Origin: Candidatus Omnitrophota bacterium
GTDB lineage: Bacteria; Omnitrophota; Gorgyraeia; B26-G9
Reading direction: 5' to 3'
DNA: 64,000 bases
Assembly: GCA_043826565.1 (NCBI GenBank)
Contig: JBDRPX010000037.1
Span: 5,669-69,668 of the forward strand
Shown: positions 1 through 8,772 of the stretch, piece after piece
Layout of the letters: each line of letters starts with the position of its first letter
Numbering within the stretch: position 1 is the first letter of the stretch
Notes under the pieces: generated by a model
Database searches by the model: none
Seen by the model: the letters and a program-made list of their open reading frames with translations, nothing else
Told to the model about the DNA's origin: nothing
Made by a program: the position numbers and the translations under genes

Positions 1-51
1 TTTTAAAAAATAAAATTCTTTTTTCCTCTGTTTATCTATTTAGTTTTCGTC

Positions 52-80
52 TTGTCTAATTTCTTTATCTATTGTATAAT
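52..80 (+). promoter_or_regulatory. sigma70-type promoter of trehalose/glycogen cluster
   Basis: TTGTCT(52-57)-17 nt-TATAAT(75-80); SD AGGAGG at 111-116 before ATG 123. Confidence 0.6.
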
Positions 81-122
81 AATGAGTTAAGCACACTTGA
101 TTTCAACTTTAGGAGGAAGTGC

Positions 123-1730
123 ATGTCAAAATATTCATTTGATGCGGTAATTTTCGATATGGATGGCGTGATTACAAAAACCGCACTTGTCCATGCTCAG
201 GCATGGAAGATAGTGTTTGATGAGTATTTACGTATTTGCCAACAGCGTGATAATAAGCCATTTGAAGAATTTACTTACCAAAAAGACTATCTGACCTATG
301 TCGATGGTAAGCCGAGAGTAGAAGGCATTAAGAGTTTTCTTAAATCCAGAGGGATAACGCTTCCTTTAGGAGCGCCTGATGATGATGAGAAGGCAGAAAC
401 GGTTTACGGCATCGGCAACAAAAAGAATAAAAAATTTAAAGATGTTTTAAATACCGACGGAGTAGAGCTGTATACTGCGACTAAGGAGCTTATTAAAGCT
501 TTAAAATCCGCAGGAATAAAAGTTGGTGTTGTTTCATCGTCAAAGAATTGTGAGTTTGTCCTTAAATCAGCAGATGTTTTGCAGCTTATGGACACAAGGG
601 TTGATGGAGTAATTGCGCTTCAGGAAAATATCGCGGGAAAGCCTGAAGGGGATATGTTCGTAACCGCGGCTTTTAATCTCGGGACTATTCCCAGCCGGAG
701 TGTAGTTGTCGAAGATGCTATATCCGGTGTGCAGGCAGGCCGCAATGGCGGGTTTGGCCTGGTTATCGGAGTTGCCAGAAGCGATAATGTTGATGATTTA
801 AATAAAAACGGTGCGGATGTAGTTGTAACTTGTCTGGAAGCGATTACTCTTGATTGGATAGAGAAATGGTTTAACCGATCAGCTGTCTCTTTATTAGACG
901 CATGGGATGATGTCAATATGACCCGGCAGGGTTATGCTGATCTGAAGACAGATGATATTGTAATTAATCCTAAATATTTTCGTACACCGCGGGATATTTT
1001 AAAAGGGGACAAAAAACCGGTTTTTTTCCTTGATTATGACGGCACATTAACGCCGATTGTTTCCCGGCCTGACCTTGCGGTAATTTCCGATAAGATGAAG
1101 AGCACAGTTGCGGCTTTATCAGAAAAATGTACTACAGCTGTTGTCAGCGGAAGAATGCGGGAAGATGTGGAAAATCTTGTCGGCATAAAAGGACTTTTTT
1201 ATGCGGGAAGTCATGGGTTTGATATTCTTGGTAAAGGAGTTTCTATGGTTTTGCCTCAGGCGCAGAAAACTATTCCGGTTGTGACTGAGGTGATCGAGTG
1301 GCTTAAAAAGGAAATAGGCAGTATTGAAGGTATTATTATTGAGGAAAAAAAGTTTAGTACGGCAGTGCATTATCGCTTGGTTTCCGAGCAGCATTTGAAA
1401 AAGATAGAGCAGGCGGTAGCTCATGTTATAGAAAAGCATAAGGATTTGCGTTTGATGCGGGGGAAAATGGTATATGAGATCCTTCCGGCAATTGATTGGA
1501 ATAAAGGAAAAGCTGTATGCTGGATAATGAAGGCATTGAATATTTCCTGGGAAGAAGCTATCGTGGTATATATCGGTGATGATACTACGGACGAGGATGC
1601 GTTCCGGGCTGTTCGCAGCAGAGGTGTGTCCATATTGGTTTGCGATCAACAGCGGCCTTCATCTGCTGATTTCTGCTTGTCTTCTCCTGCTGAAGTGCTT
1701 AAATTATTTGAATTGCTATTAAAATTATGA
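123..1730 (+). CDS. otsB: Fusion of beta-phosphoglucomutase-family HAD hydrolase and trehalose-6-phosphate phosphatase
   Basis: N-terminal FDMDGV, GKP and VEDA HAD motifs; C-terminal FLDYDGTLTPIV, SGR, GSHG and YIGDDTTDEDAF T6PP motifs. Start moved to ATG 123 (SD AGGAGG). Confidence 0.85.
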   Translation: MSKYSFDAVIFDMDGVITKTALVHAQAWKIVFDEYLRICQQRDNKPFEEFTYQKDYLTYVDGKPRVEGIKSFLKSRGITLPLGAPDDDEKAETVYGIGNKKNKKFKDVLNTDGVELYTATKELIKALKSAGIKVGVVSSSKNCEFVLKSADVLQLMDTRVDGVIALQENIAGKPEGDMFVTAAFNLGTIPSRSVVVEDAISGVQAGRNGGFGLVIGVARSDNVDDLNKNGADVVVTCLEAITLDWIEKWFNRSAVSLLDAWDDVNMTRQGYADLKTDDIVINPKYFRTPRDILKGDKKPVFFLDYDGTLTPIVSRPDLAVISDKMKSTVAALSEKCTTAVVSGRMREDVENLVGIKGLFYAGSHGFDILGKGVSMVLPQAQKTIPVVTEVIEWLKKEIGSIEGIIIEEKKFSTAVHYRLVSEQHLKKIEQAVAHVIEKHKDLRLMRGKMVYEILPAIDWNKGKAVCWIMKALNISWEEAIVVYIGDDTTDEDAFRAVRSRGVSILVCDQQRPSSADFCLSSPAEVLKLFELLLKL

Positions 1731-1821
1731 AAGTTGAGTATTGAGAGTAGAATGTTGGTAGATAATTTTTACAATTTTCAACCTTCAATTTTCAACACTC
1801 TGTTTTAAAAAAGGTTTTACT

Positions 1822-4236
1822 GTGAAAAAAGATTTATTATGGAAACTTACTTATAATCGTTTTTCTCCGGAGGAGGAAGGATTAAGGGAATCCTTATGTA
1901 CCTTGGGTAATGGGTATATGGGAACTCGCGGCGCGGCAACCGAAGCAATTCCTTCGGAAATGCATTGTCCGGGCACCTATATAGCCGGTTTGTATAACCG
2001 GACTCCTACTGAGATTGCCGGCAGGACTATTTATAATGAAGATATGGTGAATTGTCCTAACTGGATACATATTGTCTTCCGGATCGGTAATGGCCGATGG
2101 ATTCGTCCTTCCTCAGCTAAAATTCTTTCCTATCGCCAGGAACTTGATATGCAGAAAGGTATTCTTACGCGTAATATTAGATTTCAAACTTCCAATGGGC
2201 AGAAGACATCAATTGAAGAAACGCGGCTGGTGCATATGGATAATCCGCATTTAGCGGCGATCAGATACATAATAACTCCGGAAAATTATAATGATATTAT
2301 TACCCTCCGGACAATGCTTGATGGCACGGTAGAGAATCTTAATGTGGAGCGTTACCGGGAGCTTAATACACATCATTTAACCTCTCATCACGCCGGCAGA
2401 TTTGCTAAAAATGGGATTTATCTTTGCGCAAAAACCAGTCATTCCAAGGTTGATATTTGTGTGGCGGAAAAGCTAAAAATATATATAGGAGATAAAAAGA
2501 TACAGCCGGTGATTGAGTTATTGAAGCGTCACAAAAATCAGACGATTGGGCAGGAGGCCCGTGTTTCTCTTCAAAAGGGGCAATCATTACGTATCGAAAA
2601 AATTGTTTCTATATATACATCTGGTGATGAAGGGATAGATTCTCCGAAAGAAGCAGCGATTAAAACAGTTAAAGTAGCTTCTAAGTTTAGGATGCTTTTG
2701 GAAACGCATCAAAAAGCCTGGGCAAGATTATGGGAAAAATTTGATATTAAAGTTGAGGGGCATAAATTTGCCCAGAAAGTATTAAGACTGCACATGTTTC
2801 ATTTATTGCAGACAGCTTCAACGCATAACGTTAAAGTTGATGCTGGTTTTCCGGCCCGGGGGTTGCATGGAGAGGCTTATCGCGGCCATGTTTTCTGGGA
2901 TGAGATGTTTGCGATGAAGTTCTTTTCTTTGAATAGCCCGGAAGTAGCGAAAGCATTGCTGATGTATCGGTATCGGCGGCTGTCTAAAGCCAGAGAATAC
3001 GCAAAAGAAAACGGATATAATGGGGCGATGTTCCCCTGGCAGAGCGGCTCCAGCGGCAGAGAAGAAACTCAGGAAGTCCATCTTAACCCGATGTCCGGGA
3101 AATGGGGCCCGGATTATAGCTGTTTGCAGAGGCATGTTTCTGTCGCTATCGCTTATAATATTTGGCGGCATTGGCGGATAACCGGTGACCTGGAGTTTCT
3201 GGTAAGTTATGCCGCAGAGATATTTTTATCGATCGCCCAGTTTTTTTCAAGTCTGGTTTGTTTTGATGAAAAGGACGGCAGATATCATACGGAAAGAGTG
3301 ATGGGGCCGGATGAGTTTCATGAGAAAATGCCGAATTCCTCTGAGCCGGGATTAAGAGACAATGCCTATACTAATATTATGATTGTCTGGGTATTGCTTA
3401 AAGCAGAAGAAGTTTTGGCGTTTTTGCCGGAAAAGGACAAGCAGCGTTTAATGAAAAAAATAAAACTTACTGCGGAAGAAATGCTGAGATGGGAAGATAT
3501 CTCCCGGAAGATGAATATAATTTTTGATGAAAAAGGTATTATTAGTCAGTTTGACGGGTATTTTCAATTAAAAGAATTAGACTGGAATAAGTATAAGAAA
3601 AAATACGATAATATCCACCGGATGGACAGAATTTTAAAGGCGGAAGGAAAAACTCCGGACGCATATAAATTATCTAAGCAGGCGGATGTGCTGATGATCT
3701 TCTATCTGCTGCGTTTTTCCGAAGTGCAGAAAATATTTAAACGCTTGGGGTATTCATGTGATATTAATAAGGTCAGAAAGAATTATGATTATTATGTCAA
3801 AAGAACATCCCATGGTTCTACTTTGAGCAAGGTTGTCCATTGTTTTGTAGCTCAGCTTATGGGCCGTGAACAGGAAGTGTGGAAATGGTTTTTGCAGGTG
3901 CTTGAATCCGATATTAATGATACCCAGAGCGGAACAACTCCGGAAGGAATCCATGCCGGTGTTCTGGGCGGTTCAATCGACGTGGTTATCCGCGGATTTG
4001 CGGGTATCGAGATGCTGGATGACCGGATAAAAATCACTCCCCGGGTGCCCCGGCAGCTTAAAAGAATATGTTTTAAGATTTGTTATCGGAAGCGTTGGAT
4101 TGACATAGAAGTAACTAAGAAAGAATTAAAAATTCATATTGGCGGCCGGCGTAAGGTTGTTAACATGATGCCGGTGGAGATTAATTCTAAGCTTCATCTT
4201 CTACCAGAAGGCCGGGCGGTTAAATTTTCTATATAA
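1822..4236 (+). CDS. GH65 glycoside phosphorylase/hydrolase (trehalose/maltose phosphorylase family)
   Basis: LGNGYMGTRG, ARGLHGEAYRGHVFWDE, GPDEFHE, KQADV and HGSTLS motifs. Confidence 0.9.
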   Translation: MKKDLLWKLTYNRFSPEEEGLRESLCTLGNGYMGTRGAATEAIPSEMHCPGTYIAGLYNRTPTEIAGRTIYNEDMVNCPNWIHIVFRIGNGRWIRPSSAKILSYRQELDMQKGILTRNIRFQTSNGQKTSIEETRLVHMDNPHLAAIRYIITPENYNDIITLRTMLDGTVENLNVERYRELNTHHLTSHHAGRFAKNGIYLCAKTSHSKVDICVAEKLKIYIGDKKIQPVIELLKRHKNQTIGQEARVSLQKGQSLRIEKIVSIYTSGDEGIDSPKEAAIKTVKVASKFRMLLETHQKAWARLWEKFDIKVEGHKFAQKVLRLHMFHLLQTASTHNVKVDAGFPARGLHGEAYRGHVFWDEMFAMKFFSLNSPEVAKALLMYRYRRLSKAREYAKENGYNGAMFPWQSGSSGREETQEVHLNPMSGKWGPDYSCLQRHVSVAIAYNIWRHWRITGDLEFLVSYAAEIFLSIAQFFSSLVCFDEKDGRYHTERVMGPDEFHEKMPNSSEPGLRDNAYTNIMIVWVLLKAEEVLAFLPEKDKQRLMKKIKLTAEEMLRWEDISRKMNIIFDEKGIISQFDGYFQLKELDWNKYKKKYDNIHRMDRILKAEGKTPDAYKLSKQADVLMIFYLLRFSEVQKIFKRLGYSCDINKVRKNYDYYVKRTSHGSTLSKVVHCFVAQLMGREQEVWKWFLQVLESDINDTQSGTTPEGIHAGVLGGSIDVVIRGFAGIEMLDDRIKITPRVPRQLKRICFKICYRKRWIDIEVTKKELKIHIGGRRKVVNMMPVEINSKLHLLPEGRAVKFSI

Positions 4237-4298
4237 ACAAAATTAAATGCGCAGTAAATATTTAGCGGTATTCGGGTATTAAAACAGGGGGAAATAAA

Positions 4299-6131
4299 AT
4301 GATGATTGGTGCACACTATATTGATGATAATAAGTGTGAATTTACGGTTTGGGCTCCTTTTTTGAATGATGTTTCTTTGAAAATTGTTTCGCCGGATAGT
4401 ATGACTATTCCGATGCAAAAGGATGAACAGGGTTATTGGCGGATTATTGTCGAAAATATTCATGCGAACGTCTGCTACTTATATGAGCTTGATCATGCCC
4501 AGGAAAAACCCGATCCTGCGTCTTTTTATCAACCCAAAGGAGTACATGGCCCGTCACAGGTAATTAACCATAAAAATTTTTCTTGGGGAGACGGCGGATG
4601 GAATGGCATCTCCATTGATAAGATGATAATCTATGAGCTTCACGTAGGGACATTCACTCCGGAGGGAACCTTTGATGCGATTATTCCCCGGCTTGAGGAA
4701 TTAGTGGATCTTGGTATAAATACAATAGAAGTTATGCCGGTAGCGCAATTCCCGGGAACAAGGAACTGGGGGTATGACGGGGTGTACCCATATGCGGTAC
4801 AGAATTCTTATGGCGGCCCGGACGGTTTTAAACGGTTTATTAATGCCTGTCATAAAAAAGGCATAGCGGTAATTCTTGATGTTGTTTATAATCATCTTGG
4901 CCCGGAAGGTAATTACCTTTGCGAGTTCGCGCCATATTTTACTAATAAATATTATACCCCTTGGGGAAATGCTATAAATTTTGATGATGCCTATAGCCCG
5001 GGGGTAAGGAATTATTTTATTGAAAACGCTTTAAGCTGGCTTGAAAATTATCATGTGGACGGTTTGCGATTAGATGCGGTACACAGCATATATGATTTTG
5101 GGGCAAAACATATATTAGAAGAACTGGCGGAAAAAATTTATGATCTTTCTGTCCAAAAAACAAGGAAGCTGTATTTAATAGCCGAAAGCAATCTTAACGA
5201 TATCCGGATTATTAAGCCGGTCGGGGCCGGCGGTTATGGGATTGATGCCCAGTGGTGTGATGATTTTCATCATTGTCTTCACGTTTTACTTACCGGGGAG
5301 CAAACCGGATACTATGCTGATTACGGAAGTACCGGGCAAATGGTAAAATCCTTAAGAGAAGGATTTGTATATTCCGGTCAATATTCTTCTTTTAGAAAAA
5401 AATGTTACGGCAGTTCCTCTAAAGATATCCCGGCAAATCAGCTAATTGTTTTTTCACAAAATCATGATCAGGTGGGCAATCGTATGCTCGGAGACAGGCT
5501 TTCCGGGCTGGTATCATTTGAAGCTTTAAAACTGGCGGCAGCAGCAACAATCTTGTCTGTATATACTCCGATGATTTTTATGGGGCAGGAATATGGAGAA
5601 GAAACACCGTTTCAGTATTTTGTAGATCATTCGGACGAAGATTTAATTGCGGCAGTACGCCGGGGAAGAAAAGAAGAATTTGCCGCGTTTAAATGGAGCG
5701 GAAATCCTCCGGATCCGCAGGATGAGGGATCTTTTTTAGCTTCAAAATTGAAATGGGAACAAAAGAATGAGGGAAGGTACAAGATTTTATGGCAATTTTA
5801 TAAAATTCTTATTATGTTGAAAAAACGTATTCCTGCGATTTCTGATGGCGGAAAAACCCAGATGGAAGTATCGTATGATGAGACGAAAAAACTTATTTTT
5901 TGGAGAAGATGGTATAAACGAAGTGAAATTTTTTGTATAATGAATTTCAGCAAAGAAGATGCGCAGTGCCGCATCGTTCTTCCTTTAGGCAAATGGAAAA
6001 GATTGATAAATTCCTCGCAAGAGCAATGGATGGGAAAAGGGGCATTGCTGCCTGAGTATATAGAGAATAACCAGGAGATCCAGGTGCGCTCATTCGGGAT
6101 AGCTTTGTATGAGAAAGAATTACTAAAATAG
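4299..6131 (+). CDS. treZ: Malto-oligosyltrehalose trehalohydrolase (GH13)
   Basis: YELHVGTFTPEGTF, RNWGYDGV, DVVYNHLGPEGNY, DGLRLDAVH, QNHDQVGNR. Confidence 0.93.
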   Translation: MMIGAHYIDDNKCEFTVWAPFLNDVSLKIVSPDSMTIPMQKDEQGYWRIIVENIHANVCYLYELDHAQEKPDPASFYQPKGVHGPSQVINHKNFSWGDGGWNGISIDKMIIYELHVGTFTPEGTFDAIIPRLEELVDLGINTIEVMPVAQFPGTRNWGYDGVYPYAVQNSYGGPDGFKRFINACHKKGIAVILDVVYNHLGPEGNYLCEFAPYFTNKYYTPWGNAINFDDAYSPGVRNYFIENALSWLENYHVDGLRLDAVHSIYDFGAKHILEELAEKIYDLSVQKTRKLYLIAESNLNDIRIIKPVGAGGYGIDAQWCDDFHHCLHVLLTGEQTGYYADYGSTGQMVKSLREGFVYSGQYSSFRKKCYGSSSKDIPANQLIVFSQNHDQVGNRMLGDRLSGLVSFEALKLAAAATILSVYTPMIFMGQEYGEETPFQYFVDHSDEDLIAAVRRGRKEEFAAFKWSGNPPDPQDEGSFLASKLKWEQKNEGRYKILWQFYKILIMLKKRIPAISDGGKTQMEVSYDETKKLIFWRRWYKRSEIFCIMNFSKEDAQCRIVLPLGKWKRLINSSQEQWMGKGALLPEYIENNQEIQVRSFGIALYEKELLK

Positions 6132-6332
6132 AAGATATTAACTCAAAAATCAAAGGTCAAAAGTCAAAACTGCCAGCCTCGCCAGCTTAGCTAGGCGGGC
6201 AACTTAAAAGTCAAGATTTAAAGTTTATATGGTTTTAAGTTTTATTTGTATTTTTGAATTTTGATTTTAAAAAGTATGTGGATTGAAATATTTTCAGTTT
6301 CAAAAGCTTAGTTTTGTATGGAGATTAAAGTT

Positions 6333-8756
6333 ATGAATAGATACTTATGTGTACATGGTCATTTCTATCAGCCTCCCCGGGAAAACCCCTGGTTAGAGGA
6401 AGTGGAACTTCAGGATTCGGCTTATCCTTTTCATGATTGGAATCAGCGGATTACTACTGAATGTTATGCTCCGAATGCTGCCTCCCGGATTTTAGATAAT
6501 GAAGATAAGATTACTGATCTTATCAGCAACTATGCTCAGATCAGTTTTAATTTTGGCCCAACACTGCTTTCCTGGATGGAACGGAATATGTCCGATACAT
6601 ACAAGATGATCCTGGAAGCGGATAAATTAAGCCAAAAGAACTTTTCCGGACATGGCTCGGCGATTGCTCAGGTTTATAACCATATGATAATGCCGCTGGC
6701 CAATACCAGAGATAAGCATACGCAGGTGGTTTGGGGGATAAAGGATTTCAAGTATCGTTTTAAAAGAGAACCGGAAGGGATGTGGCTTGCGGAAACAGCA
6801 GTGGATACTGAAACATTGGAAGTTTTAGCTGAGCATAATATAAAGTTTACAATTCTTTCTCCGTATCAGGCACAGAACGTTAAAACCATAGCCGCTCAGG
6901 AATGGACTGATGCCAGCGGAGGAAAAATAGATCCCAAAATGCCGTATCTGTGTATCCTTCCTTCGGGTAAAAAAATTAGTATTTTCTTTTACGACGGGCC
7001 GGTATCACGGGATATTGCTTTTGGAGGTTTATTGGATAACGGAGAAAAATTAGCCAGCCGGCTAGTGGGAACATTTTCCGATAATGAAGACCAGCCGCAG
7101 CTAGTGCATATTGCTACGGATGGGGAGACTTATGGCCATCATCATCATTACGGAGAGATGGCTTTATCATACGGATATCACTATATAGCGTCCCGACAGC
7201 TTGCTCATATTACGGTTTACGGAGAATATCTGGAAAAGTTTCCGCCGACTCATCAAGTGCAGATAATTGAGAATTCCTCGTGGAGTTGTATGCATGGAGT
7301 AGAGCGATGGCAAAGTGATTGCGGTTGTAAGCTCGGAGGAAATAACTGGAATCAGGCTTGGCGCGGGCCGCTGCGTAAGGCTATGGACTGGCTGCGGAAT
7401 AGTTTGACTAAAATTTATGATAATCAAATAGCTGAATATGTTAATGATCCGCACAAGGCCAGAAATGATTATATAGAAATCATATTAAACCGGACGGATA
7501 AAAATATCGATAAGTTTTTTGCCGAACATGGGGTGGCTACGCTGTCGGGTCAGGAAAAAACAAAAGTTTTAAAACTGCTGGAAATGCAGCGTCACGCAAT
7601 GCTGATGTATACAAGCTGCGGCTGGTTTTTTAATGAAATTTCCGGTATAGAAACGATCCAAATAATGCAGTATGCGGCCCGGGCTATTCAGCTGGCCAGA
7701 GAAGTCAGCGAAAAGGATCTGGAGCCGGAGTATATTAAAAGACTGCATAAAGCTCTCAGTAATCTTGAGGAATATGAGACCGGAGCTTTTATCTATGAGA
7801 AATTTGTAAAGCCAACGGTTATTGATCTGCATCGTGTGGGAGCGCATTATGCAGTATCGTCTCTTTTTGAAGAATATGAAAAAAAGAGCGACATCTATTG
7901 TTATACGGTCGAAAGCGAGGTTTATGAGCGTTCCCAAGCCGGCAGGCAGAAGATTGTTTTCGGGCGGGCGGCAATAAGGTCGAATATTACATATGAAGAG
8001 AATATTGTAAGCTTTGCGGCTTTGCATTTAGGGGATCATAACCTTTTCGGCGGGGTTCGTGATTATATGGGTGCGGAACCATTTGAAGAAATGCAGCAAC
8101 AGATAAAAGAAGCGTTTTTAAAAAGTAATATATCGGAGATAATCCATCTTATTGATACTCACTTTGGCAGCCATAATTATTCGTTATGGCATTTGTTTAA
8201 GGATGAACAGAGAAAAGTGCTTAATGAGATACTTGTTTCCACCCTTGATGAAATCGAAAATTCATTCCGCCAGATAAACGAACATCATTATCCGGTAATG
8301 CAGGTTATAAAAGAAATGAATATGCCTTTACCTAAAATCTTTTCGACGACACTTGAATTTGTCGTTAACTCTGATATTAGAAAGATGCTGCAAAATAATG
8401 AGACGGATCTGGAACGTTTGAAAAATCTTGTTAAAGAGGCGAGAAGGTGGTCGCTGGAGCTTGATCGTCCGATGTTGAAATATGTTGCCAGCAAAAGGAT
8501 TCTTAAGTTAATGAAAAAGCTGCAGCAAAGTCCGGAGGATGTCTCCGTAATAGAAGTTATTGAGGGATTGTTTAAGATCCTGCGTCCGCTGGGATTAGAG
8601 CTTAGTTTGTGGAAAACTCAAAATATTTACTTTTCTATTAATCAGCAGCTGCATGATTTAATGATTAGAAAAGCTGACCAAAAAGACAGGATTGCCAGGA
8701 AGTGGATTAAACATTTCGACACGCTGGGTAATTATTTGCGCGTAAGAAGCAAGTGA
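6333..8756 (+). CDS. GH57 family glycoside hydrolase with DUF3536 domain
   Basis: HGHFYQPPRENPW, GMWLAETAVD, ATDGETYGHH, SWSCxHGVERW, MYTSCGWFF. Start probably ATG 6333 (GGAG upstream). Confidence 0.9.
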   Translation: MNRYLCVHGHFYQPPRENPWLEEVELQDSAYPFHDWNQRITTECYAPNAASRILDNEDKITDLISNYAQISFNFGPTLLSWMERNMSDTYKMILEADKLSQKNFSGHGSAIAQVYNHMIMPLANTRDKHTQVVWGIKDFKYRFKREPEGMWLAETAVDTETLEVLAEHNIKFTILSPYQAQNVKTIAAQEWTDASGGKIDPKMPYLCILPSGKKISIFFYDGPVSRDIAFGGLLDNGEKLASRLVGTFSDNEDQPQLVHIATDGETYGHHHHYGEMALSYGYHYIASRQLAHITVYGEYLEKFPPTHQVQIIENSSWSCMHGVERWQSDCGCKLGGNNWNQAWRGPLRKAMDWLRNSLTKIYDNQIAEYVNDPHKARNDYIEIILNRTDKNIDKFFAEHGVATLSGQEKTKVLKLLEMQRHAMLMYTSCGWFFNEISGIETIQIMQYAARAIQLAREVSEKDLEPEYIKRLHKALSNLEEYETGAFIYEKFVKPTVIDLHRVGAHYAVSSLFEEYEKKSDIYCYTVESEVYERSQAGRQKIVFGRAAIRSNITYEENIVSFAALHLGDHNLFGGVRDYMGAEPFEEMQQQIKEAFLKSNISEIIHLIDTHFGSHNYSLWHLFKDEQRKVLNEILVSTLDEIENSFRQINEHHYPVMQVIKEMNMPLPKIFSTTLEFVVNSDIRKMLQNNETDLERLKNLVKEARRWSLELDRPMLKYVASKRILKLMKKLQQSPEDVSVIEVIEGLFKILRPLGLELSLWKTQNIYFSINQQLHDLMIRKADQKDRIARKWIKHFDTLGNYLRVRSK

Positions 8757-8772
8757 TCCCAAAAGGCTCTAC

